Positions 27,841-36,638 of a stretch of DNA of 64,000 bases are shown one piece after another. The notes beneath the pieces are model-generated. The model was not told where the DNA came from, searched no databases, and saw only the letters and a list, made by a program, of their open reading frames with translations. Position numbers and translations under genes: made by a program. The stretch lies in the NCBI GenBank assembly GCA_945947575.1, contig CAMEYM010000019.1, forward strand, positions 578 to 64,577. Direction: 5' to 3'. The stretch's first letter is position 1, and each line of letters opens with the position of its first letter. The stretch comes from Rhizobium sp. Q54. GTDB taxonomy: Bacteria > Pseudomonadota > Alphaproteobacteria > UBA2966 > CAIVPW01.

Positions 27841-30429
27841 TTAGGGTGCCGGTGTCGGCGCGGCCGGTGCGGGCTCTGGGGCCGGCGCAGGCTCCGCAGC
27901 CGGAGCCGGCGCTACGGCCGGGGCGGCGTTGACCTCGACCTTGATCGACGTGATCTCTTCGATGCCCTTCGGGAACAGGCCGAGGCTGTCCCACTTCAGC
28001 GCGAAGAAGACGTTCGAGAAGTCGTCGGTCCAGGTGCGCACGGGCTTCACCGGCGGGATGTCGCCCCAGCTCAGCTGGCCCTCGCGTAGCATGGCGATGT
28101 CTTCCGGCCGGCGCGCCAGCACGACCCACGTCGTCGGCAGGGCAAAGAAGGTCGCCGGCGCCGGATTGAACTCGATGGTCAGCGCGGCCAGCTGCGCGTC
28201 CTTGGCTAGGTCGGCCACCACGGGCAGCAGATTCACGAAGGTGTTCGTGATGTGCACCATGATCTTGCCGCCCGGCTTCAGCTTGCGCAGGTAGAGCTGG
28301 ATGGCTTCGCGCGTCAGGATGTGGACAGGGATGCCGTCGCCCGAGAACGCGTCGAGGAAGATGACGTCGAACGAGCCGTCCGGCTCTTTGGCGATGGTCA
28401 GCCGGCCGTCCCCGAGCACGACGTCCGAGCCGCACTCCTGCAGGAAACGGAAGTACTCGGGATCGCGTGCGACCTGTTCGACTACCGGATCGATCTCGTA
28501 GAACGTCAGCTTGTCCTGGGGCCGCATGTAGCAGGCCAGGGCGCCGGCGCCCAAGCCGAGCACACCGACGCGCAGGGGCGGCGTCTCGACGGTGCGGATG
28601 CTGGCGAAGAAGTGCCCGACCGGGCCGCGCTCCGTGTAGTACGACACCGGCAGACGCGGCACGTCCATGAACTGCACGCCGTGGATCGTCACGCCGTGCA
28701 CGAGGTAGTGGAAGCGGCTGGTGGTCGACGTAAGCGGTCCGGGCGTCGAATCGACGCGGCTGACGTAGATGGTCGTCACGCCGAAGAACGAGCGGATGCG
28801 CGCCAGCTGGTCCTCGGTCGTCCAGAACAGGCCGGGCGTCAGCACGATCATCGCGACGAACATCGACAGCGCCAGGCGTAGCGGCCGCCGCCGCCCGAGC
28901 CAGATCAGGGCGGACAGCACGAACAACGTGAAAACGAGCTTGCCGGTATTCTCGAGCGTCGTCGCCTGAATGGCGTAGTCACCCAGGAAGCGGCCGAAGG
29001 CGGCATAGAACCACCCCCAGATCACGAACATGCTATTCATCAGGAACGTGCGCAGACGGTTCTCGGCGATGATCACGTACAGCAGCACCGGCAGAACGAA
29101 GTCCAACAGGCGCGGGTGCAGGACGAGGCGGCCGGCCGAGGACTTCTCCAGGCTGCCGCGCACGTAGGCGACCGGGCGAAGGTTGGCGATCCACAGGCCG
29201 AACCGGCTGCGCTCGCCGATGCGCGGCCGCAGCAGCATCGCCAGCAGCAGGGCGGCCGGGTACTCGTAGACGCTGTCGAAGACGAGCGGTGCGATGATCG
29301 CGGTCAGGATGCCGCCGAGCACGCCGCCGACCGACATCCACAAGTAGAACTCGGTCAGCTTGGCCGGCGGCGGACGCAGCCGTGCCAGCTCGCCGTGCAG
29401 CACCATTGTGCTGACGAACATGGCGGCGAGGTGCAGGACGAGCAGGACGTAGATCTGCGACGTCTCGAAGAAGATCGCCACCATCGGCACGATGATGAGC
29501 TGCGCCCACAGCCAGAACTTCGGCGGCACCAGCGGGTTGCGCGCGAACACGAACACGAACGTCAGCAGGTACAAGGACAGCGGGATGATCCACAGGAACG
29601 GCACCGCCGCGATGTAGCTGCCGATGTGCAGGGTCGCGCCGAGCAGCAATGCCGACGGCACCAGCGACAACAGCACCCAGCGTCCGCGCACCGCCCACGT
29701 GACTTCGCGCGTCACGAAATTGTCGAGCGACTGCGTCGCCGCCGCCACCAGCTCCGGGCGGTAGCGCCGCCACAGCAGCACGGCGCACGCGAACATCAGC
29801 GCGACCAGGGCCGCAAATCCGATCATCCAGGTGAGGCTCTGCGCCCGCACGCCGAGCAACGGCTCGACGATGATCGGGTAGCTGAGCAGCGCCAGCCAGC
29901 TGCCGAGGTTGGAGGCGCCATAGAGGAAGTACGGGTCGCCCGACCAGGCATGGTCGGTGTTGGCGAACCACTTCTGCAGCAAAGGCGCGGTCGCCGAGAT
30001 GGCGAAGAACGGGATGCCGACCGAGACGGCGAGCACGCCGAGCAGCCATGGGATCGGCGAGTCCGAGGCCGGCGGCGCCGTGTCGGCATCAAGGCCGATC
30101 GGCAAGAACACGAATGCCACCAGCAATACGAACACGTGCAGGATGGTTTGGCGCTTCAGTCCGAGCAGACGTGTCGAGAGGTGGGCGTACAGGTAGCCGG
30201 CCAGCAGTACGGCTTGGAAGAACACCATCGACGTGTTCCATACCGCTGGCGAGCCGCCGGCGCGCGGCAGCACCATCTTGGTGAACATCGGCTGCACGGC
30301 GAACAGAAGAAACGCGCTCAGGAAAATCGTGACCATGTACAGAGGCAGCGTCCCGGCGCTCATGCCGGAAGCTCCTTTGCGGTCCGCAACCGTCGTCACC
30401 ACTGCAACCTCCCCAATCCTCGCGGGCAC
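27841..30429 (-). CDS. fused polytopic membrane domain / spermidine-synthase-like aminopropyltransferase
   Basis: About 500 aa with roughly 12 or more hydrophobic helices. The C-terminal domain has the spermidine synthase fold signature (GVLGLGAGALACY, VIFLDAFSGDGIPVHILTREA, LKPGGKIMVHI) and ends in a Pro/Ala-rich tail APAPAAEPAPAPEPAPAAPTPAP. The start (GTG 30429 versus ATG 30363) is uncertain. Confidence 0.75.
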   Translation of the reverse strand: MPARIGEVAVVTTVADRKGASGMSAGTLPLYMVTIFLSAFLLFAVQPMFTKMVLPRAGGSPAVWNTSMVFFQAVLLAGYLYAHLSTRLLGLKRQTILHVFVLLVAFVFLPIGLDADTAPPASDSPIPWLLGVLAVSVGIPFFAISATAPLLQKWFANTDHAWSGDPYFLYGASNLGSWLALLSYPIIVEPLLGVRAQSLTWMIGFAALVALMFACAVLLWRRYRPELVAAATQSLDNFVTREVTWAVRGRWVLLSLVPSALLLGATLHIGSYIAAVPFLWIIPLSLYLLTFVFVFARNPLVPPKFWLWAQLIIVPMVAIFFETSQIYVLLVLHLAAMFVSTMVLHGELARLRPPPAKLTEFYLWMSVGGVLGGILTAIIAPLVFDSVYEYPAALLLAMLLRPRIGERSRFGLWIANLRPVAYVRGSLEKSSAGRLVLHPRLLDFVLPVLLYVIIAENRLRTFLMNSMFVIWGWFYAAFGRFLGDYAIQATTLENTGKLVFTLFVLSALIWLGRRRPLRLALSMFVAMIVLTPGLFWTTEDQLARIRSFFGVTTIYVSRVDSTPGPLTSTTSRFHYLVHGVTIHGVQFMDVPRLPVSYYTERGPVGHFFASIRTVETPPLRVGVLGLGAGALACYMRPQDKLTFYEIDPVVEQVARDPEYFRFLQECGSDVVLGDGRLTIAKEPDGSFDVIFLDAFSGDGIPVHILTREAIQLYLRKLKPGGKIMVHITNTFVNLLPVVADLAKDAQLAALTIEFNPAPATFFALPTTWVVLARRPEDIAMLREGQLSWGDIPPVKPVRTWTDDFSNVFFALKWDSLGLFPKGIEEITSIKVEVNAAPAVAPAPAAEPAPAPEPAPAAPTPAP

Positions 30430-30762
30430 CCTCGCCCGATAGTCCCCGGCCGCGACCCGTCAAGCCGCGGCTCGTCCCGCCGCGGCCAAGCCGGGCACCC
30501 AAGAGCATTTTTCACGCTGGATAGCAAACCGACGCGGCCGCCCCGGCCACACCCGCTCCGTCGGCCGCGGGCCGGAGTATGGCATGGGCCTTGGGGCCTT
30601 TCCACGCAGCCAGGCCGCCAAAATTCGGGTTTGCCGCCGCTCTTGCGGCGGCTCGTGCTTCCTGCTTGGAATGTGGGAGGGGAGGCTATGGAGCGTGGGC
30701 CCGCCAGAGGGGCGGCGCCGATCCGCGGCCATCCCGTCAACGCGGATAAGGGGAGTACTCGA

Positions 30763-31017
30763 ATGAAGAAGGTTTTTGCCGCCCTGGTTGGGGCAACCAT
30801 GGTGCTCAGCGCCGGCATGGCCGCCGCCGCCGAAGTCAAAGGCGCCATCAAGGCGATGAACATGGAAGCGCGTACGGTCACCATCGACACCACGACCGTC
30901 GTGTTCCCGCAGAGTGTCAGCCTGTCCGGCTACATCGTCGGCACCGCGGTCACTATCACCTACACGACCGCCGGCACCACCAACACGGCCACTGCGATCG
31001 CCAAGGTGGCGAAGTAG
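30763..31017 (+). CDS. small secreted protein, DUF1344-like, paralog 2 of 4
   Basis: MKKVFAALVGATMVLSAGMAAAAEVKGAIKAMNMEARTVTIDTTTVVFPQSVSLSGYIVGTAVTITYTTAGTTNTATAIAKVAK. It is the tail of a spurious 633-aa ORF. GGGGAG RBS. Confidence 0.7.
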   Translation: MKKVFAALVGATMVLSAGMAAAAEVKGAIKAMNMEARTVTIDTTTVVFPQSVSLSGYIVGTAVTITYTTAGTTNTATAIAKVAK

Positions 31018-31039
31018 TCGGACCGCACGAGGCTCGGAA

Positions 31040-31082
31040 GAGGACGGGCGCGCCGGAGACGGGCGCCCGTCCTATTCTTTTG
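31040..31082 (+). terminator. Rho-independent terminator (AGGACGGGCGCGCC-ggagac-GGGCGCCCGTCCT + TATTCTTTTG)
   Basis: GC-rich hairpin followed by a T-run, 23 nt after the paralog 2 stop. Confidence 0.75.
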
Positions 31083-31334
31083 AAGGGCCCGCTACCCCCT
31101 CTGATGCGGGCGAGCCGACAACGTTCGGTTGTCGCATCCTGCACATGATCTGGCACCTGGGGCGCCACTAGGCACAATCTGTTGTGGGTGGGGCCGCCCG
31201 GCTGACGCTAGGGGCGGGGTCTTGCGCGTTGCCCACTAACCATGTGAAATCCGCGCGGGAGGCACGAGGATCGACCATCCAATTGTGGCGGGTCGTCTGG
31301 GCCGATCCCTCTTGAGTAAACAGGAGAACATCGA

Positions 31335-31580
31335 ATGAAGAAGGTTTTTGCCGCCGTCGCCGCGGCGACCATGCTGCTGGCCGCTGGCGTTGCCACCGCC
31401 GCCGACGTTAAGGGCGCCATCACCGCCGTGAACGCCGGTGCTCGTACCGTCACCATCGGTGGCGTGACCTACACCTTCCCGGCCAACGTCGACATGGCTG
31501 GCCTGGCCGCTGGTCAGACCGTCACGCTGACCTTCACGGCCGCGAACAACGTCAACACGGTCTCCAAGGTCGCGAAGTAA
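31335..31580 (+). CDS. small secreted protein, DUF1344-like, paralog 3 of 4
   Basis: MKKVFAAVAAATMLLAAGVATAADVKGAITAVNAGARTVTIGGVTYTFPANVDMAGLAAGQTVTLTFTAANNVNTVSKVAK. AGGAG RBS. Confidence 0.75.
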   Translation: MKKVFAAVAAATMLLAAGVATAADVKGAITAVNAGARTVTIGGVTYTFPANVDMAGLAAGQTVTLTFTAANNVNTVSKVAK

Positions 31581-31605
31581 CTACCCTTTCGCTCTAAGGG
31601 CCCAG

Positions 31606-31652
31606 AAAAGGACGGGTGCGCAGACTTCCGCGCACCCGTCCTGTTCTTTTGC
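31606..31652 (+). terminator. Rho-independent terminator (AAAAGGACGGGTGCGC-agacttcc-GCGCACCCGTCCT + GTTCTTTTG)
   Basis: GC hairpin plus T-run, just downstream of paralog 3. Confidence 0.75.
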
Positions 31653-31961
31653 AGCGCCCACTGCGCGCGTCCTCTGCGCGATCCTCTGGCTGCGCCGGCC
31701 CAGTCCCGGCAGCTCGGCACCTCCAAGAACCAGGTTTTCAAGGTAGCGGCGGAACCATACCGTTGCCTGCCGTCCGATCCCCGTTGCCGTCGGGGTTGCA
31801 GTAGGTGCGCGTGCGTCGCGTTCAATATCTCTCGCGTAGAGTGCGGGCAGCCTTGCTAGCGCCACATTTTCCCGTATGAATCACGTCCGGGGAGGCAAAG
31901 CAGTCTTGCCATTGGTGGCAAGAGTCTTTTGTCCCTCCCGCATTCAGGAGGAACTTCGATC

Positions 31962-32207
31962 ATGAACAAGGTACTTGCCGCTGTTACCGGCGTTGCATTG
32001 CTGTTGGCCGCTGGCGTCGCCACTGCCGCCGACGTGAAGGGCGCGATCACTGCGGTGAACGCCCAGGGCCGCACCGTCACCATCGGCGGCGTGACCTACA
32101 CCTTCCCGGCCAACGTCGACATGGCCGGCCTCGCGGTTGGTCAGACCATCACGCTGACCTACGCCACCGCGAACAACATCAACACGGTGTCGAAGGTTAC
32201 GAAGTAA
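31962..32207 (+). CDS. small secreted protein, DUF1344-like, paralog 4 of 4
   Basis: MNKVLAAVTGVALLLAAGVATAADVKGAITAVNAQGRTVTIGGVTYTFPANVDMAGLAVGQTITLTYATANNINTVSKVTK. AGGAGG RBS at 31946-31951. The ORF track starts at 31929, but ATG 31962 is preferred. Confidence 0.75.
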   Translation: MNKVLAAVTGVALLLAAGVATAADVKGAITAVNAQGRTVTIGGVTYTFPANVDMAGLAVGQTITLTYATANNINTVSKVTK

Positions 32208-32229
32208 CCTTCCAGAGTATCTACGAGTA

Positions 32230-32273
32230 CCAGGGCGGGTGCGCGGATGCGCACCCGCCCTGTGCGTTTCTGG
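32230..32273 (+). terminator. Rho-independent terminator (CAGGGCGGGTGCGC-ggat-GCGCACCCGCCCTG + TGCGTTTCT)
   Basis: Hairpin plus U-rich tail, downstream of paralog 4. Confidence 0.7.
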
Positions 32274-32330
32274 AGTACCCTACGGGGCACGCGCGCGTGC
32301 GTTGGATGCGCGTACGATGGCTAGCACGCC

Positions 32331-33116
32331 ATGAGCGAACCAGAAGTCCCACCGGTCCCACCCGCCGCGCCGCCGGATCTTACCGATCCGCCGATTCGCA
32401 AGGTGATCCCGCGCGCCGGGCCGTGGGCGCGCCTGCGCGCCTACCTGATCACCGGCCTGCTCGTCACGACCCCGGCGATTTTCACCATCTACGTGGCGTG
32501 GGTGGCGATCCGTTTCGTCGATACGCGCGCCACCAAGCTGATCCCGCCCGAATACAACCCGAACACCTACCTGCCGTTCTCGATTCCCGGGATTGGCGTG
32601 ATGGTGCTGCTGGTGCTGTTGACGCTGATCGGCATGCTGACCACCGGCTACCTCGGGCGCGTCGTCACGCGCACGGTGGATCAGGCTCTGGCGCGCGTGC
32701 CGTTCATGCGCAGCGTCTACGCCACCACCAAGCAAATGCTGACGACGGTTCTGTCCACGACCTCGACGTCCTTCCGCCAAGTAGTGCTGATCGAGCATCC
32801 GCGCCGCGACATGTGGGCGTTGGCGTTCATGACCGGCGCCGTCAACGTCACGGTGCACGGCAAGGACGAAGAACTGGTCACGGTGTTCGTGCCATTCACG
32901 CCCAATCCGACTTCCGGTTTCGTGCGCCTGCTGCCGCGCCGCGACGTGGTGGTGCTCGACATACCGGTCGAGGATGGGGTCAAGATGGTGATGTCGGGCG
33001 GCATCATCTCGCCCGAATGGCTGCGCGAGCAGGTCGCCTACGTGCGTGACGCCGGCACTAGCCCGGGCGCCGACCCTGGTGCGCCACCGCCGAAGCGGGC
33101 GCGGCGCGCGTCCTAG
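32331..33116 (+). CDS. DUF502 family membrane protein
   Basis: Two N-terminal TM helices and the conserved FVPFTPNPTSGFVRLLPRRDVVVLDIPVEDGVKMVMSGG block typical of DUF502. Confidence 0.7.
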   Translation: MSEPEVPPVPPAAPPDLTDPPIRKVIPRAGPWARLRAYLITGLLVTTPAIFTIYVAWVAIRFVDTRATKLIPPEYNPNTYLPFSIPGIGVMVLLVLLTLIGMLTTGYLGRVVTRTVDQALARVPFMRSVYATTKQMLTTVLSTTSTSFRQVVLIEHPRRDMWALAFMTGAVNVTVHGKDEELVTVFVPFTPNPTSGFVRLLPRRDVVVLDIPVEDGVKMVMSGGIISPEWLREQVAYVRDAGTSPGADPGAPPPKRARRAS

Positions 33117-33508
33117 CGGAGACGCTTCTTCTTACCAGCTGGCTTGGCGCTACCCGCCGTGGCGGTCGCCGATGCGGCGACGGTCGTCGGCGTCAGCGGC
33201 GGCATCGGTGCGGGAACGGTGACGGGCTCCGCGCCTGCCGCCAGGGCGAGCTCGACGCGATACGCCTGCGGCACGATGCGGTAGCAGACGTACGCCAGGA
33301 TGGGCAGCGCGACCGCCCCGGCGACGCGCGCCAGTAGCCCGAAATTCGTCGCGAAGAAGTCGCTGGGCAGCCAGCCGAACGCGGCGATCAACCAGGTCAG
33401 CAGGCCAAGCCCGCTGAACGCAAACCCCCACAGCAGCGGACCGCCCAAGGCGACTGCGAGCAGCATCAGCAGGGCAGTGGACGTGGTGGCTTGGCCTTGG
33501 ATGGTCAT
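33113..33508 (-). CDS. hypothetical membrane protein (3 predicted TM helices, Lys-rich C-terminus)
   Basis: 131 aa. Hydrophobic segments LLMLLAVALGGPLLWGFAF, LLTWLIAAFGWL, VAGAVALPILAYVCY. Convergent 4-nt overlap with the DUF502 gene. Confidence 0.5.
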   Translation of the reverse strand: MTIQGQATTSTALLMLLAVALGGPLLWGFAFSGLGLLTWLIAAFGWLPSDFFATNFGLLARVAGAVALPILAYVCYRIVPQAYRVELALAAGAEPVTVPAPMPPLTPTTVAASATATAGSAKPAGKKKRLR

Positions 33509-33816
33509 GGGTGCTCCGGCGTGCGTCGCGCCATCACGTAGGGCCTGACGGGCAGAGACGCAAGCGCGGAGGCGCCGGATGCCACCCGGCCCGTCATCAA
33601 CATCTATGTGTACTCACGACAACGCATGCTAGCGGTGGGTGCGGCGGGGGCACCGCACCGGATTGCGTCCACCCGCGTGCGGGCGTATATCGGCGCCGTC
33701 GCCCCGGCCTCGCCGGGCACCCTCCCAAAATTCCACATGCCGCGAAACGCAATGCCGGGCGCCGGCCCGCAATTTTCTTTGGAACGCGCGCAACCACGAA
33801 CGGTAGGGCGGTGTAG

Positions 33817-35712
33817 GTGAGCGTTACCAACGGCGCCACGCCGCACGGTGCTCCGGCGAAGCAGCATCTTGCTGCGTTGACCCTGGGTGCGCTCGGCGTC
33901 GTCTACGGCGACATCGGCACGTCGCCCCTCTATGCCCTGCGCGTGTCTTTCGCGCCGGAGACCGGCGTTGCGCCCACTCCCGACAACGTCCTCGGTATCC
34001 TGTCGCTGGTGTTCTGGACCGTCACTCTGTTGGTGACGCTCAAGTACGTCATTCTCATGCTGCGCGCCGACAATCGCGGGGAAGGTGGCGCTATCGCCCT
34101 CATGGCGCTGACGCGCGCGGCGCACGCGACACGCCCGCGCGTGCGCGCGTTCGTCCTCTCCGCCGGCCTGATCGGCACGGCTCTGTTCTTCGGTGACGCG
34201 ATCCTGACGCCGGCGATCTCGGTGCTGAGTGCCGTGGAGGGTCTGCAAGTCACCACGGACGCTTTCCATCCGTACATCATGCCGATGGCGATCACGGTGA
34301 TCGTCGGGCTGTTCCTGACCCAGCGTTGGGGTACCGCCGGCGTCGGCCGCGTGTTTGGGCCGGTAATGTTCGTCTGGTTCATCGTCCTCGGCCTGCTCGG
34401 GATGTGGGGCATCGCCAAGCACCCGGAAGTACTGCTGGCGATCAATCCTGCCTACGCAGCTGCGTTCGTCGCGCACGAAGGCCTCCACATCTTCATCCCG
34501 CTAGGCGCGGTGTTCCTGGCGATTACGGGAGCCGAGGGCCTTTACGCCGACCTCGGCCACTTCGGCGCCAAGCCGCTGCGCTTTGCTTGGTTCTCGGTCG
34601 TGATGCCCGGCCTGGTGCTCAATTACTTCGGCCAGGGCGCCACGATCCTCGAGACACCCGACGCGGCGCGCAACCCGTTCTACCTGCTCGCTCCGGACCT
34701 TCTCTACCCGATGGTCGCCCTCGCCACGGTGGCCACCGTCATCGCCTCCCAGGCGGTGATCTCGGGAGCCTTCTCGCTCTTCAACCAGGCGATCCAGCTC
34801 GGCCTCGCGCCGCGCACCGAGGTGCAGCACACCTCGCCGCAGGAGATCCGTCAGGTCTACCTGCCCCAGGTCAATTTCGCCCTGTTCATCGGCGTCGTCG
34901 CGATGATGGGCTGGTTCGGTTCCTCCAGCGCGCTTGCCGGCGCGTACGGCGTGGCCGTCAGCGGCACCATGGTCGTCACGTCGGCATTGGCGGCATTGGC
35001 GGCTGGACAGTTGTGGCACTGGCCGCGACCGCTGATCGTGGGCGTGTTCGGCGCGCTGCTGGCCATCGATCTGATGTTCCTCGGCGCCAACCTGCTCAAG
35101 GTCTTCGACGGTGGCTGGGTACCGATCGTCATCGCGGCGGCGATCTACATCGGCTCGTCCACCTGGATCCAAGGCCGCCAGGCGCTCTACACCAAGCTCG
35201 CCGCCGAAGGCGCCCAGCTCGACGACTTCATCCATAGCGTCGGGCCGAGCTTGCCGCGCGTGCGCGGCACGGCCTCCTACATGGCGCGCATCGGCGAGAC
35301 CGTGCCGCACGCGCTGTTGCACAACATCAAGCACAACAAGGTGCTGCACGAGCGCATCCTCTTGATGACGGTGATCACTGAGGACGTGCCGGTGGTGCCG
35401 CGCGAGAATCGCGTCGAGGCACAGGCCCTCGACAAAGGCTTCTGGCGCATCACGGTGCGCTACGGCTTCCTGCAGAGCCCGAACTTGCCGCGCGCGCTGG
35501 CGCAGCTTGCGCCGACCGGGCTCGAGATCAACATCCACGACACCAGCTTCTTCCTGGGGCGTGTCACCCTGGTGCCGGCGCTCAAGCCGTTGATTCCGCC
35601 CTGGCGGCGGCGGCTCTACTTCGCGCTGGCGCGCAACGCCGCTTCGGCCCCGGATTTCTTCCGCATTCCGACCGACCGCGTCGTCGAAGTCGGCGCCCAA
35701 ATAGCGCTTTAG
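33817..35712 (+). CDS. kup: potassium uptake protein Kup (KUP/HAK/KT family)
   Basis: GALGVVYGDIGTSPLY signature, 12 TM domains and a cytoplasmic C-terminal domain. 631 aa. GTG start. Confidence 0.9.
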   Translation: MSVTNGATPHGAPAKQHLAALTLGALGVVYGDIGTSPLYALRVSFAPETGVAPTPDNVLGILSLVFWTVTLLVTLKYVILMLRADNRGEGGAIALMALTRAAHATRPRVRAFVLSAGLIGTALFFGDAILTPAISVLSAVEGLQVTTDAFHPYIMPMAITVIVGLFLTQRWGTAGVGRVFGPVMFVWFIVLGLLGMWGIAKHPEVLLAINPAYAAAFVAHEGLHIFIPLGAVFLAITGAEGLYADLGHFGAKPLRFAWFSVVMPGLVLNYFGQGATILETPDAARNPFYLLAPDLLYPMVALATVATVIASQAVISGAFSLFNQAIQLGLAPRTEVQHTSPQEIRQVYLPQVNFALFIGVVAMMGWFGSSSALAGAYGVAVSGTMVVTSALAALAAGQLWHWPRPLIVGVFGALLAIDLMFLGANLLKVFDGGWVPIVIAAAIYIGSSTWIQGRQALYTKLAAEGAQLDDFIHSVGPSLPRVRGTASYMARIGETVPHALLHNIKHNKVLHERILLMTVITEDVPVVPRENRVEAQALDKGFWRITVRYGFLQSPNLPRALAQLAPTGLEINIHDTSFFLGRVTLVPALKPLIPPWRRRLYFALARNAASAPDFFRIPTDRVVEVGAQIAL

Positions 35713-35742
35713 GTCTTGGCGCTTCGCGCCGGAGGTCGCCCT

Positions 35743-36609
35743 CTAGCTCACCATCGTGCGCAGGTACTCGCGGTCGAATACGGCGGCGATGCTCCCAGGC
35801 TCGTTGGAGCGCACAGCGACGCCAAGCTGGCTGAGTTCGCAGGCATGCCAATTCTGGCGGTTGATCTTGTCCCAGAACGCCACGGTGTCGTCACGGCGGA
35901 AGTCGTCGCGGCCAGACGCCTCAGGAAGAAACAGCCAGTCGCAGTGAATGCGCGTACGCGCCGGCCCCTCGGGCCACAGCGTGTGCACCATGGCGTAGTC
36001 CGGGTGCAGGCCGACGAACAGGTTCGGAAAGATCGAATAGAAGCGGGTGCGCCCGTAGTCCTCGGCGTAGTTCTCGAAGGGCAGCTTCCAGTTGGCCGCC
36101 ACGTCGTATTCGATGCTGCGCGCGGCGCGGCGCATCGGCAGGGTCAACGGCGCTACCTCGGCCCGGAGCTGCGCGCAGGCTGCCTCCAACGGCTCGGGCG
36201 GCGCCAGGCTGACGAAGATCAGACCCTCCCAGACGCCGGCCGCGACCTGGCGCAGCGCCAGCGCGTCCGCGTCGAAGTCAGGCACGTCGCTGCTGTGCGG
36301 AGCGCCCCGCAGGCGGCCGTCCAACTCGTACGTCCAGTTGTGATGGACGCAGCGAATCACGGAGGGGAACCTCCCGCGGGCGACCTCGCAAATGCGCGAG
36401 CCGCGATGACGGCAGACGTTGTAGAAGGCGCGCACGGTGCCGTCGGCGCCGCGCACGGCGATCAGGCTCTCGCCCGCCACCTCGCGCAGCACGAACTCGC
36501 CTGGCGTGGCGAGCTCACCCTGGTGCGCGACGCACATCCAGCGTTTCGCAAAGATGCGCTCCCGCTCCCTCGCGAATGTGTCCGGCGACGTCAGGTCGTG
36601 CTGCGTCAG
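35743..36609 (-). CDS. Rieske [2Fe-2S] non-haem iron oxygenase alpha-subunit-like protein (no canonical start codon; possible CTG start at complement 36607-36609)
   Basis: Rieske motif CRHRG...x17...CVHH. The conserved N-terminal block LTQHDLTSPDTFARERERIFAKRWMCVAH lies upstream of the first ATG (36537) and downstream of an in-frame TAG at 36628-36630. No ATG, GTG or TTG is available in between. Confidence 0.6.
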   Translation of the reverse strand: MTQHDLTSPDTFARERERIFAKRWMCVAHQGELATPGEFVLREVAGESLIAVRGADGTVRAFYNVCRHRGSRICEVARGRFPSVIRCVHHNWTYELDGRLRGAPHSSDVPDFDADALALRQVAAGVWEGLIFVSLAPPEPLEAACAQLRAEVAPLTLPMRRAARSIEYDVAANWKLPFENYAEDYGRTRFYSIFPNLFVGLHPDYAMVHTLWPEGPARTRIHCDWLFLPEASGRDDFRRDDTVAFWDKINRQNWHACELSQLGVAVRSNEPGSIAAVFDREYLRTMVS

Positions 36610-36638
36610 CGCGCGCGCTCCGCAGGTCTACAAGCAAC

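Noticed and set aside
29116-30762. N-terminal 549 aa of the 633-aa plus-strand ORF 29116-31017
   Set aside because: Antisense to the fused membrane/spermidine-synthase gene (Arg/Asp/Gln/His-rich). Only the terminal 85 codons from ATG 30763 (DUF1344-like paralog 2) are genuine.
33509-33816. Possible riboswitch in the 308-bp kup leader
   Set aside because: No recognisable riboswitch consensus, for example the c-di-AMP ydaO-type motif, could be identified by eye. The possibility is left open but not reported as a feature.
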